From a virus: DNA of 64,000 nucleotides. The translations under genes were made by a program, and so were the position numbers. Within the stretch, counting starts at the first letter, position 1. Each line of letters begins with the position of its first letter. The notes beneath the pieces are model-generated. The model did not search any database, was not told where the DNA came from, and saw nothing but the letters and a program-made list of their open reading frames with translations. The stretch spans positions 27,573 to 91,572 of IMG/VR virus record IMGVR_UViG_3300046703_000100. One strand, given 5' to 3'. Of this stretch, positions 9,593 through 19,457 are shown one piece after another.

Positions 9593-11308
9593 ATGATTCT
9601 TAAAAAGATTTCACTCAAGAATTTTAAATGCTTCGAAGATTGTTCTGTAGAATTTTCTAAAATTAATCTTATACAAGGAGCAATAGGTATTGGCAAATCT
9701 ACTATTTTACAGGCACTAATCTTTGCTCTTTATGGTTATAGCGAAAGTACTCTCGCAGACCTGCCTACACGTGGAAAAGCAATTTCTTGTAAGATAACAG
9801 CGATTATAGAAGATTCAGGACATATTATTGAGATATGTAGAGAATATCCTCTTAAATTGATAATCAAAGAGGACAGTAAGACTCTTAAAATGTCTACATC
9901 AGAAGGTAACTCTTATTTAATAGATAGATTTGGTAGTAGACAGGATTTTTTCCAGTTTCGCATTGTTGATGCATATTCAAAGGAAACTAATTTACTCGAA
10001 CAAGGTAATGTAGTATTTAAGAAGATTCTTTTTGCCGGAACGGATGAAAAATTTAATGAAGTTCGAAATAATCTTAATATAATCAAATTAGAACGAGAAA
10101 AACTTAATAAAGATTCTGTGGTTATTTATAAACATCATCCTTCTGAAAAAAGATTAGAAATATTGAAAAAAGGATATAAAGAAATTAACGAACTTGTTAT
10201 AAGTCATGAAAATACTGTAGGAGAATTACAAAATAGTATAAATAAGAAAACTTCAAATTTTTCTAAAAACGAAAGTAGACAAGAATCTAATAAACAAACT
10301 ATAGAACGACTTCAAAAACAAGTTAATAATATAGATACAATCAAATCTTCTTATGACAGTAAATTATATCAATCAGAATCAAGACATACTGAAATACAAA
10401 GAACCGTTGGAGATTTAAATAAACAATTTATGGAAGTTATTAAAAATACTGAAACTATTAAAAAAGATAAAAAATGTTATGTGTGTCAACAATCTATATT
10501 AGATACTTCAAATATTGTTATAGAACAAAAATTAAAAGAAGAAAAACTTCAAAAACAATTTGAAAATATAAAAAACGAAGATATTGAACTTTGTAGTCAG
10601 ATACCTATTTTAAAGGAAAATATTTTAGAAGAAAGAAAAAAGAAAATAGAAGAATATAAAATAGAAATAGAGGGATTAAATCAAGAGATTATATCTTTGT
10701 CAGAAGAAAATTCTAATATTAAAACTGAAATAGATATGGACAAAGAAATTATAACACAGTATCTTAATGATAGAGATAATTATAGGAAAGAAAAAGAAAG
10801 TATTCAATCATTGGTTATTAAATTAGAAGGACGATTGCAACAAAAAGAGTATATTTATACAGAACAAGATGTCATTATCGTTAAAAAAGCTTTAACCGAA
10901 CTCGACAATCTTTCAAGTATTTATTTATGTGAAACAGTAAGAAGTTTAGAACCAATTATAAATTCAGTCTTGGAAAAGATAGGTTTCCAAATTACTTTTG
11001 ACGTGGACATTAAAGGCAAATTTAATATTCTTTTAAGTAAAGATGATATACAATATAAATATACCGATTTAAGTTGTGGTCAACGCCTTATTTTACAAAT
11101 AGCATTAAAACTATCGTTGCTCCTTCAACAGAGCAAAACAGGTATAATTTTGAGCGATGAAGGGTTGAGTGCCCTTGAGAATAACAACCTTGAGGATATT
11201 ATCAATCTATTTAAAGAATTAAATTTTCAATTAGTCTTCGTCTTGCACAGAGCAAGTATAGAAGACCCCGAAATTAATGTAATTAAATTAGGAGGAAATG
11301 ATGAGTAA
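9593..11308 (+). CDS. Rad50/SbcC-like SMC ATPase (T4 gp46-like)
   Basis: LKNFKCF, Walker A GAIGIGKST, coiled coil with Zn hook CYVC, signature LSCGQR, Walker B ILSDEG. Confidence 0.92.
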   Translation: MILKKISLKNFKCFEDCSVEFSKINLIQGAIGIGKSTILQALIFALYGYSESTLADLPTRGKAISCKITAIIEDSGHIIEICREYPLKLIIKEDSKTLKMSTSEGNSYLIDRFGSRQDFFQFRIVDAYSKETNLLEQGNVVFKKILFAGTDEKFNEVRNNLNIIKLEREKLNKDSVVIYKHHPSEKRLEILKKGYKEINELVISHENTVGELQNSINKKTSNFSKNESRQESNKQTIERLQKQVNNIDTIKSSYDSKLYQSESRHTEIQRTVGDLNKQFMEVIKNTETIKKDKKCYVCQQSILDTSNIVIEQKLKEEKLQKQFENIKNEDIELCSQIPILKENILEERKKKIEEYKIEIEGLNQEIISLSEENSNIKTEIDMDKEIITQYLNDRDNYRKEKESIQSLVIKLEGRLQQKEYIYTEQDVIIVKKALTELDNLSSIYLCETVRSLEPIINSVLEKIGFQITFDVDIKGKFNILLSKDDIQYKYTDLSCGQRLILQIALKLSLLLQQSKTGIILSDEGLSALENNNLEDIINLFKELNFQLVFVLHRASIEDPEINVIKLGGNDE

Positions 11309-11690
11309 ATGTAAGCAGTGTAAAAAGAATAAAAACATTCTCTGGTTTTTTGATGAGATATATCGACAAGAATTCATGGTTATATTCGCTCCTAATCATC
11401 GAAAATTTGCAGAACTTCTTAAAAAAGAAACTGGATTTGTTGTAGAACCTTGTGAAGAAGAATGTGTTGCTGGACAATTTAATGAATTAAAAAGTAAACA
11501 TGGAGATTTAGCAGTAATTTGGGCAAGCGATAAAAACTTGGTATTAATGCATGAGACCTTCCATGCTTGTTCCTGCATTTTACAACAAAGAGATATTTGG
11601 CTTAATCCTGAAACAGAAGAAAGTTATTCATATTATTATTGTTATATAATGCGTAGTATACAAGAACGACTTAGAGAGGGAGGAAAATAA
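11298..11690 (+). CDS. putative HExxH metalloprotein
   Basis: LMHETFH followed by a distal EE. Confidence 0.5.
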   Translation: MMSKCKQCKKNKNILWFFDEIYRQEFMVIFAPNHRKFAELLKKETGFVVEPCEEECVAGQFNELKSKHGDLAVIWASDKNLVLMHETFHACSCILQQRDIWLNPETEESYSYYYCYIMRSIQERLREGGK

Positions 11691-11691
11691 C

Positions 11692-11970
11692 ATGATGGAC
11701 GCTCTCTTTGTAATTGGTTTTTTATGTTTACTTTTAGTACCTTTTATTGTTTATAAACTTTGGTGGTGGGTTGGTACTCTTGCTATCATAGCAATTATAT
11801 TAGGGTCTGGCGAAGGAATAAGTGCTTTAATTACTGGACGAACTTTAAGTCAAGAATTTTGGAAACTCTCGCAAGAAAATCAAATGGGTGCAATGATAAT
11901 TACTATTTGTATTACGATTGCTTGGATATTTTTACTTTGTCATCTCAATTGGAAAATAATGACTAAATAA
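11692..11970 (+). CDS. small multi-TM membrane protein
   Basis: Three hydrophobic segments. Confidence 0.6.
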   Translation: MMDALFVIGFLCLLLVPFIVYKLWWWVGTLAIIAIILGSGEGISALITGRTLSQEFWKLSQENQMGAMIITICITIAWIFLLCHLNWKIMTK

Positions 11971-11981
11971 AGGAGAAATCA

Positions 11982-12305
11982 ATGGACAAAAACGAAGACC
12001 TTGTTACAGGAACGCCTGTTACTAAAACTCCCTTAGCATTAAGAGCAGTGTTGGCTGTTCCTGAATATTGGAAAGAAATTTTTATATATTTCCAACGATT
12101 AATTATGGTTATTTTAACTGTCGCTGTAGTATTAAGTCTTTATAAAGCTTCAGAAGAAATTAAAGCCCTAAGAGTACAAACAACTCGTATTGCAAATATA
12201 GCTGAAAATGGTTGTAGAATAGCAGAAGAAACACGAACAGAAATTTATCGACAGATAGAAGAGATTCAAAGAGATGGTATTAAATTACATTTTCGTATTT
12301 TTTAA
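11982..12305 (+). CDS. single-TM protein with a C-terminal coiled coil
   Basis: AAGGAGA RBS; TM segment LIMVILTVAVVLSL; N-terminus shares DLVTGTPV with the PolB tail. Confidence 0.6.
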   Translation: MDKNEDLVTGTPVTKTPLALRAVLAVPEYWKEIFIYFQRLIMVILTVAVVLSLYKASEEIKALRVQTTRIANIAENGCRIAEETRTEIYRQIEEIQRDGIKLHFRIF

Positions 12306-12325
12306 CTAACAAAAGGAGGTAGTAA

Positions 12326-12814
12326 ATGAAGTTTTTAGCAAATCTATGTACGAAATATATGACTCATTTGCAGAAGAAGGGTCAAAAGATTCAGAAACAA
12401 ATACAAGATAAGAAGTTAGAAGAAGCTGGTAATCAATTAAAAGCATTATATGAATTTGTTAAATTTATTAATGAAAAATGCTTGTTAAAACGTCATGAAC
12501 GTAAGACTTTTTGGAGAAACGTATCAGAAGGTCAGCCATTAGTTGAGAAAACTCTTTTAGATATGCTCCGAAAATATGGAGTAAAAGAAGAGAGTATTAA
12601 AGAGATAGAACAAGCGAAATATAGAGCACAAAAACAGGCAGAAGCACAAGAAGTAGTAGCAAAAAGAGAAAAAGAAGAACAACAAAAAGTAAATGGGAAA
12701 ATATGTGCTCCCGATTGTTCTGCTGAATGTTCAGAATGTTATCATAAACCTGTAAAAAGTGAAGACACTCAGAGAGCAGAAGATTATAGAAACAATATGA
12801 ATGGACAGATATAA
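12326..12814 (+). CDS. hypothetical helical protein with a C-terminal Cys cluster
   Basis: AAGGAGGT RBS; C-x3-C-x3-C-x2-C near the C-terminus. Confidence 0.65.
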   Translation: MKFLANLCTKYMTHLQKKGQKIQKQIQDKKLEEAGNQLKALYEFVKFINEKCLLKRHERKTFWRNVSEGQPLVEKTLLDMLRKYGVKEESIKEIEQAKYRAQKQAEAQEVVAKREKEEQQKVNGKICAPDCSAECSECYHKPVKSEDTQRAEDYRNNMNGQI

Positions 12815-12977
12815 ATAATGTTACATAATCTTTTAATTGCTGTTTATAGTGGAACTCTTACTGGAATATTGATTGTCTTTCTTTTAATACCGATAGCGTT
12901 CTTATTAGGGCTTAATTGCCCTTTAACATTATCGAATTTTAGAAAGATATGGTACATTATATTTGTAGGATATAAAC

Positions 12978-14762
12978 ATGACAAATAATCTTGAATATTG
13001 CGAACATTGTAATAAAGAAACTTCATTTCAATATATCCAACATATTAAAGGATATACGATTAAAAAATGTTTAGATTGTTATACTATTACTAAAATAGAA
13101 TCTAATTCAGAAGAGATTGATTCTAATAAAATTTTATTAAGTATAATAATTCCTTCTTATAAAAGACCTGAATTATTAAAATGGGGATTGTATTCTTTAA
13201 GTCAACAGATAACTACTTTTCCATTTGAAATAATAGTTTTAAATGACGGTATTAAGGACGAGACTGAAAATATATGTAACTCTTATCAAGATAAATTAAA
13301 TATTCGATATATTTATATTGGACATCGTAATGAAAAAGAAGACCATTGGAGAATTCCAGGATATGCTATAAATATTGGAGTTAAACAATCATTAGGAGAA
13401 AATATAATTTTGTCATGTCCTGAAATTTTTATCATGGATAATTGTTTACAAGAAATTATAAATTTACTTTCTAAAAATAAAAAATTATTGATAAATACTA
13501 ACGGATTTCATGAAAAAAGAGATAATTATATTAATCAATTAAAAACAACTGGAAAAATAAATTTAGATTTATCTACTATGACATCTTTAGATACTGAATT
13601 ACCTTTTTTTATAGCAATGAATAAAGAAGAATTTATTAATATTGGAGGATACGATGAAGATTTTATTGGTTATTGTTGGGATGATAATGATATAATAAGT
13701 AGATTAAAATTAAATAAATGCACTTTTCTAAAACTTAATAAAACAATTATTCATTTATGGCATGATAAATTAAATTATAACAATCCTAAAATTATGGACA
13801 TGTGGCGTTATAATAAGAATTTATACGATACTCGAAGAAATATGATTATAAGAAATGAAAGTAAAGAATGGGGAGTATTAAAAGTTCCTCCGCCAGAAGA
13901 TATTTGGGTTTTAAAGAATATACCAAAAATCGCTCATTTTTATTGGGGTCATCCTTATATTTCTTATTTAAATTATTTATCAATTTATACTTTTCAAAAA
14001 TATAATCCAGATTGGGATATTAGACTTTATTATCCTAAAAAAGCATTTTTAGAACAAACATGGAAAGACCCAAATCAAAAATTTACTTTTAAAGGTAAAG
14101 ATTATTGTTCTGAACTCAAAAAACTTCCAATAAAATTTATAGAATTTGATATGAAAAGTATTGAAATAAGTAACGATATTGCAGAAGTATTTAAATCTGA
14201 ATATTTAAAAAATTATCTATTAAGTACAATAGGCGGTTTATGGTCAGATATGGATATTCTATATTTTAAACCAATGAATAAAATTAACGTTAATATAAAA
14301 TATAATGAAGATATTACAAATGTAGTATCAATTGATACTAAATATACTAATAAATGGTTTCATTCAATAGGCTTTTTATTATCCTCTCCTAATAACGAAT
14401 ATCATGATTTCTTTTTTAAAGAAGGAAAAAAACAATTTGACCCTACAAGTTATCAAAGTCTTGGAGCAGTATTATTTAATAAGATTTGTCCAAGTATAAT
14501 ATCTATTCATGCTAAATTTCCTAATACTAAAGCAGTTAATATGTCTTATGATACCGTTTATGCTTATGGTTATATTAATAGACGATGGGGTTTAATATAT
14601 AATAGTAATAATACTGTATATTATACAAATGAATCAATTGGTTGTCATTGGTATGGAGGATGGAAAGAAGCGGAAAAATATATAAACGAAGTAAATGATA
14701 CTAATTATAAAAAATATAATAATGTATTATGTAAAACAATTAGGATGGCATTAAATGACTAA
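12978..14762 (+). CDS. bifunctional glycosyltransferase (Zn ribbon + GT2 + GT32/DXD-type domain)
   Basis: CEHC/CLDC; LSIIIPSYKR, IIVLNDG, IGGYDEDFIGY.WDD (GT2); IPKIAHFYWG and GGLWSDMD (OCH1/GT32-like). Confidence 0.85.
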   Translation: MTNNLEYCEHCNKETSFQYIQHIKGYTIKKCLDCYTITKIESNSEEIDSNKILLSIIIPSYKRPELLKWGLYSLSQQITTFPFEIIVLNDGIKDETENICNSYQDKLNIRYIYIGHRNEKEDHWRIPGYAINIGVKQSLGENIILSCPEIFIMDNCLQEIINLLSKNKKLLINTNGFHEKRDNYINQLKTTGKINLDLSTMTSLDTELPFFIAMNKEEFINIGGYDEDFIGYCWDDNDIISRLKLNKCTFLKLNKTIIHLWHDKLNYNNPKIMDMWRYNKNLYDTRRNMIIRNESKEWGVLKVPPPEDIWVLKNIPKIAHFYWGHPYISYLNYLSIYTFQKYNPDWDIRLYYPKKAFLEQTWKDPNQKFTFKGKDYCSELKKLPIKFIEFDMKSIEISNDIAEVFKSEYLKNYLLSTIGGLWSDMDILYFKPMNKINVNIKYNEDITNVVSIDTKYTNKWFHSIGFLLSSPNNEYHDFFFKEGKKQFDPTSYQSLGAVLFNKICPSIISIHAKFPNTKAVNMSYDTVYAYGYINRRWGLIYNSNNTVYYTNESIGCHWYGGWKEAEKYINEVNDTNYKKYNNVLCKTIRMALND

Positions 14763-15834
14763 AATAATGACAATTTGCGGAACTAGACCCGAAATAATAC
14801 GTCTTTCTTGTATTATTCCTAAATTAGACAAGATATGTGAACATATATTAGTCTATACCGGACAAAATTTTAATACTCGTTTAAAAGATATATTTTTTCA
14901 AGATTTAGGAATACGTACTCCTAATTATGATTTAGGTGCTATGGGATGTTTTGGAGAACAAATAGGTGTAATGTTCACTAAACTTGAATGTATATTAAAG
15001 ACTGAACATCCTGATAAAGTTCTCATTCTTGGTGATACAAACAGTGCATTATGTTGCATTGTCGCTGAGAGATTGGGTATTCCGGTTTATCATATGGAAG
15101 CAGGAAATAGATGCGGAGATAAAATTGCAGAAGAGATTAACAGAAAAATAGTAGATAATACCTGTACAATTAATCTACCGTATACTAAAAGAAGCAGAGA
15201 TAATCTTATTAATGAAGGGTTCGATTTAAAACGAATATTTGTTACTGGTAATCCAATCAAAGAAGTAATAGAATTTTATCAAAATCAAATAATTGATAGT
15301 ACAATATTAACAACTTTAAATTTAAAACATGAAAATTATATATTAGCAACGCTCCACCGTAGTGAAAACGTCGATGATTTAAAACGATTAACTGATATAA
15401 TATCTGCTTATAATCAAATTTCAGTTACAACTGGTAAAGAAATTATTGTATCTACACATCCTCGAACACAAAGTAAATTATCGCAATTAATGATAACTAT
15501 TTATGATAAAGTAAGATTCTTACCTGCTTTTGGATTTTTTGATTTTATTAGATTAGAAAAAAGTGCTTCATGTTTATTGACAGATTCTGGTACTTGTCAG
15601 GAAGAAGCAGGACTACTTCATATTTCTTGTGTAGTTACTCGCAGAGCAACTGAAAGAACAGAATTAATAGAATGTGGAGCAAGTATATTAGGAGGTATTG
15701 AATTTTCATCTATTTTAGAATCTTATCAATATGCTAGTAAAATAGACAGAAATTGGGAATTACCGAAAGAATATTTAGACCTTAATGTTTCTAATAAAGT
15801 AATTTCAATATTAATGGGAGAAATCAATGTTTAA
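14755..15834 (+). CDS. non-hydrolysing UDP-HexNAc 2-epimerase (WecB/FnlC/WbjD family)
   Basis: GTRPEIIRL, YTGQNF, GDTNS, HMEAGNR, EEINR, TGNPI, LHRSENVD, TDSGTCQEE. Confidence 0.93.
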   Translation: MTKIMTICGTRPEIIRLSCIIPKLDKICEHILVYTGQNFNTRLKDIFFQDLGIRTPNYDLGAMGCFGEQIGVMFTKLECILKTEHPDKVLILGDTNSALCCIVAERLGIPVYHMEAGNRCGDKIAEEINRKIVDNTCTINLPYTKRSRDNLINEGFDLKRIFVTGNPIKEVIEFYQNQIIDSTILTTLNLKHENYILATLHRSENVDDLKRLTDIISAYNQISVTTGKEIIVSTHPRTQSKLSQLMITIYDKVRFLPAFGFFDFIRLEKSASCLLTDSGTCQEEAGLLHISCVVTRRATERTELIECGASILGGIEFSSILESYQYASKIDRNWELPKEYLDLNVSNKVISILMGEINV

Positions 15835-16789
15835 AGACAAAATTATAACAATTTCGGGGGGTACAGGTTCTTGGGGAAATGAATTAACAACTCAGTTATT
15901 AACTTATAATCCGAAAGAAATACGAATATATTCAAGAGGAGAATTTGCTCAAGTTACGATGCAGAGAAAGTTCAATAATCCTAAATTAAAATTTATTATC
16001 GGTGATGTAAGGGATTTCGGAGCTTTAAAAAAAGCAACAAAAAATGTAAATTATCTTTTTCATTTAGCAAGCTTAAAACATGTGCCGATTTGTGAATTAC
16101 AACCTGATGAAGCTATTAAAACTAATATTATCGGTATTCAAAATATAATCGAATGTGCAATAGAAAATAATATTCAAAAAGTAATAGATGTATCAACTGA
16201 TAAAGCTTGTAATCCTTTCTGTTTTTATGGTATGACAAAAGCTGTTGGAGAAAAACTTACACAAGAAGCTTCAAGACAAACGACTAATACTCAATTTTTA
16301 GTTATTAGAGGAGGCAATGCTCTTGGTTCAAGCGGAAGCGTTTTAGGATATTTTATTGACCAAATTAAACGGTATAATAAGATTACAATTACAGATATTG
16401 AAATGACCAGATATTTTATTACTTTACAAGAAGCAATCAAACTTCTTTTTGTTTCAATAGCAAGTGAATATTCTGGTAGTATCTTGGTTATGAAAATGCC
16501 AGCTTGTAAAATTATAGATTTAGCAAGGGTGTTAATTCAAGAATACGGAAATACATATACAAAGATAGAAATAATTGGAGTTCGTCCTGGAGAAAAACTT
16601 CATGAATCTCTTGTTTCTACTTATGAATCAGTTAATTGTTATGAATATAATAAAGATTATTATCTTGTTTATCCTTATGGTAAACTTGATTTACCTAAAG
16701 TTGAATTTAAAGAATATTCTTCTAATGACAAACTTATGAACACAGGTGAAATAATGAATATGTTAAAAAAAGGTGGATTTATAAAATGA
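15827..16789 (+). CDS. UDP-GlcNAc 4,6-dehydratase (FnlA/WbjB/PseB-type, Polysacc_synt_2)
   Basis: GGTGSWG, IGDVRD, LKHVP, STDKA, YGMTK, RGGNALGSSGSV, MTRYFI, RPGEKLHE. Confidence 0.93.
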   Translation: MFKDKIITISGGTGSWGNELTTQLLTYNPKEIRIYSRGEFAQVTMQRKFNNPKLKFIIGDVRDFGALKKATKNVNYLFHLASLKHVPICELQPDEAIKTNIIGIQNIIECAIENNIQKVIDVSTDKACNPFCFYGMTKAVGEKLTQEASRQTTNTQFLVIRGGNALGSSGSVLGYFIDQIKRYNKITITDIEMTRYFITLQEAIKLLFVSIASEYSGSILVMKMPACKIIDLARVLIQEYGNTYTKIEIIGVRPGEKLHESLVSTYESVNCYEYNKDYYLVYPYGKLDLPKVEFKEYSSNDKLMNTGEIMNMLKKGGFIK

Positions 16790-17640
16790 AAAAAATTCTT
16801 ATCTTAGGTTCAAATGGAATGGCAGGTCATTGTATTTATAATTATTTAAAATCTTTAAATAAATACGATATTTACGCCACTCGCCAAAAAGATAGTGATG
16901 AATCTCAACATATTTATGCTTGTAATGTTAAATCACAATTATATTTCTTAGAACCTTTAATAAAACGTATTCAACCAGATATTATAATTAATTGTATTGG
17001 GATACTTGTTAAAGCCAGTGAAGATAACTCTGAAACTGCTATTTTCATTAATGCGTATTTTCCTCATTGGCTTGAAAAAATAACTAAAAATACTCAAACA
17101 AAAATTATTCATTTGAGTACTGATTGTGTTTTTGATGGTAAAAAAGGTAATTATCTTGATACTGATATACCTGATGGGATAGGATTTTATGCTCGTAGTA
17201 AAGCATTGGGAGAGATTATCAATAAGAAGGATTTAACCCTTAGAATGAGCATTATAGGCAAAGAACTTAAAATTGATGGCACAGGGCTATTTGAGTGGTG
17301 TTTGAGGCAAGAAGGAGTCATTTCGGGCTATTCTAAGGCATATTTTAATGGGATTTCGACCTTAGAATTGGTAAAAGCGATAGATAAACTTATAGAGTCG
17401 AATATAATAGGTCTTTATCAATTAGCTCCTAATTATAAAATAAATAAATATCATTTGTTACAATTATTACAAAAAATTTGGAATAAACAAAATATAACTA
17501 TTCATCCCGATTCAAGTTTAGACCAAGACAAAACTTTAATAAATAGCGAACCCCCAATACCTAATTATATTATGCCTTCTTCTTATGAAATAATGCTTAA
17601 AGAATATAAGGAATATTTAGATGCAAACGAATCTAACTGA
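16786..17640 (+). CDS. RmlD-like NDP-4-keto-6-deoxysugar reductase (WbvR/QnlA-type)
   Basis: LGSNGMAGH, INCIG, HLSTDCVFDG, YARSKALGE. Confidence 0.88.
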   Translation: MKKILILGSNGMAGHCIYNYLKSLNKYDIYATRQKDSDESQHIYACNVKSQLYFLEPLIKRIQPDIIINCIGILVKASEDNSETAIFINAYFPHWLEKITKNTQTKIIHLSTDCVFDGKKGNYLDTDIPDGIGFYARSKALGEIINKKDLTLRMSIIGKELKIDGTGLFEWCLRQEGVISGYSKAYFNGISTLELVKAIDKLIESNIIGLYQLAPNYKINKYHLLQLLQKIWNKQNITIHPDSSLDQDKTLINSEPPIPNYIMPSSYEIMLKEYKEYLDANESN

Positions 17641-18175
17641 AATACAAAATTATCTTAAAGATAAACAAATTTGTCTATTAGGTAATGCTCGGTCTATTTT
17701 AAATAATCCTAAAGATATAGATAAATATGAAATTATAATTAGAATGAATAGAGGAATACCTAAAGGTAAAGAAAAATATATAGGTAGTAGAACAGATGTT
17801 TTATGTACTTCTACTAAAAATACTCTTTACGAAATTCATCAATTTAATCCAATGTTTATAATTTGGATGACAAAAGACCAAAATTTAAAAAATCCTATGA
17901 TAGATTATTATATTCAAAATCCTCCTGAAGATTGGCAAGAATTAAAAGACAGTTATCCTGATAAATATTTACCTTCTACTGGATGTATTGTTATTAATTT
18001 TTTATTAAAACATGTTGAATTTAAATCTTTAACTCTTATGGGTTACGATTTTTTCTGTACAGGAACGTTTTACCACAATTTAAAAAATCAGTCGTGGCAT
18101 CCTGCCGAATTTGAAGAATATTTTATTAAAGATATGATATTTCCTTATAAAAATGTGGAGTTAATAATCAAATGA
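17621..18175 (+). CDS. GT29 (sialyltransferase-like) protein
   Basis: CLLGNA, ID.YEIIIRMN, GSRTD (sialylmotif L-like); PSTG, GYDFF (motif S-like); H-x4-E (motif VS-like). Confidence 0.7.
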   Translation: MQTNLTEIQNYLKDKQICLLGNARSILNNPKDIDKYEIIIRMNRGIPKGKEKYIGSRTDVLCTSTKNTLYEIHQFNPMFIIWMTKDQNLKNPMIDYYIQNPPEDWQELKDSYPDKYLPSTGCIVINFLLKHVEFKSLTLMGYDFFCTGTFYHNLKNQSWHPAEFEEYFIKDMIFPYKNVELIIK

Positions 18176-18768
18176 TAATAGTTTCCTTCGCCACAAAAAA
18201 TACGCCCTATGAAGGCGTGATAAAAGAATTTTTGTTATCTTCTTTGGAACAACTGAAACTTTCTTACGATATTGCTTATCCAGAAGATAGAGGTTCTTGG
18301 CAATTAAATACTCAATGGAAACCTACTATAATTAAAGAAATGCTTCTTAAACATAAAGAAGCTATTACTTATATAGATTCAGATGCTACTATAATGCTTT
18401 ATCCTGAATTATTATATAAATTACAAAAGTATGATATTGGGGTACATTATTTTGATTGGTATTATTTCTGGAAAAATATAGAAGGAAATCCTAAACGAGA
18501 AATTTTAGGAGGAACTTTATATTTTAATTATAACGATAAGACATTAGCATTTGTAGATGAATGGATAAAAGTAACTAAAGAAAAAAGTTATAATGACCAA
18601 CAAAGTTTAAATGAGTTAGTTCCAAAATGTAACCAACTGAAAATTTATTCGTTACCAATAGAATATTGTGCGATTTGTAAAAGTACAAAAGTTCCTGATT
18701 GGCTTATTAATCCAGTAATCGTACATCATCAGTGTTCCAGAAAATACAAAGGATGGAGAAAGAAATGA
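18172..18768 (+). CDS. nucleotide-diphospho-sugar transferase (GT77/GT8-like GT-A fold)
   Basis: KP.II, YIDSDA DXD motif, GG.LYF, W...DQQSLN, LP.EY, I.HHQ.SR. Confidence 0.75.
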   Translation: MIIVSFATKNTPYEGVIKEFLLSSLEQLKLSYDIAYPEDRGSWQLNTQWKPTIIKEMLLKHKEAITYIDSDATIMLYPELLYKLQKYDIGVHYFDWYYFWKNIEGNPKREILGGTLYFNYNDKTLAFVDEWIKVTKEKSYNDQQSLNELVPKCNQLKIYSLPIEYCAICKSTKVPDWLINPVIVHHQCSRKYKGWRKK

Positions 18769-19457
18769 ATAAACCTTCTCAAATCGTAATTGTAGGCGGA
18801 GGGTCAAGTATTTCTGAAGGCATTAACTTAGGACTTTGGGAAAAACTTAAAGAAAAATTTACTTTTGGTATTAATTATTCCTACAAATACTTTAATGCCA
18901 CTGCACAATTATATTGCGACAATTCGTTCTATAATAATGAATCTCCTAAAATGACTAATATACCTCTTATTATAGGAACAACTTATCAGGTAAAACAAAG
19001 AATAAATAATTCTATTCATCTTACCGCTACAAATAAATATTCTAGAGACCTTTCTAATGGAGTATATTCACCACGTTTAACAGGTATGTTCGCTTTAACA
19101 TTAGCGATATATTTATTAAATGTTGGAGAAATATTTCTTTTAGGTTATGATAATGGCAATATTACCGAAGAAAAAGATGATAAAGGACGAGCGATAACAC
19201 ATTTCTACCAAAAAGAATTGATTCATGGAGGCAGTGGAAAAATTTATTACTATAACAGGAAATCCGCAGAAGAGACCGATTATGGAGTATATAAACAAGA
19301 AAAAAACGTTAAAATTTTTAACGTTTCTTTAAATAGTAAATTAAATATATTTCCTAAAATATCTTATGAAGAATTTTTTAAACAATTAAATAACGAAACT
19401 TATGACCAAAATCTTTTAAGACAAGAAATTTTATCAAAATTAAAAGGTAAATATTAA
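18765..19457 (+). CDS. DUF115/Maf-like (GT-A variant) protein
   Basis: IVIVGGGSS, FGIN, TGMFALTLAIYL, EIFLLGYD, IFN; ATGA overlap with the upstream stop. Confidence 0.65.
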   Translation: MNKPSQIVIVGGGSSISEGINLGLWEKLKEKFTFGINYSYKYFNATAQLYCDNSFYNNESPKMTNIPLIIGTTYQVKQRINNSIHLTATNKYSRDLSNGVYSPRLTGMFALTLAIYLLNVGEIFLLGYDNGNITEEKDDKGRAITHFYQKELIHGGSGKIYYYNRKSAEETDYGVYKQEKNVKIFNVSLNSKLNIFPKISYEEFFKQLNNETYDQNLLRQEILSKLKGKY

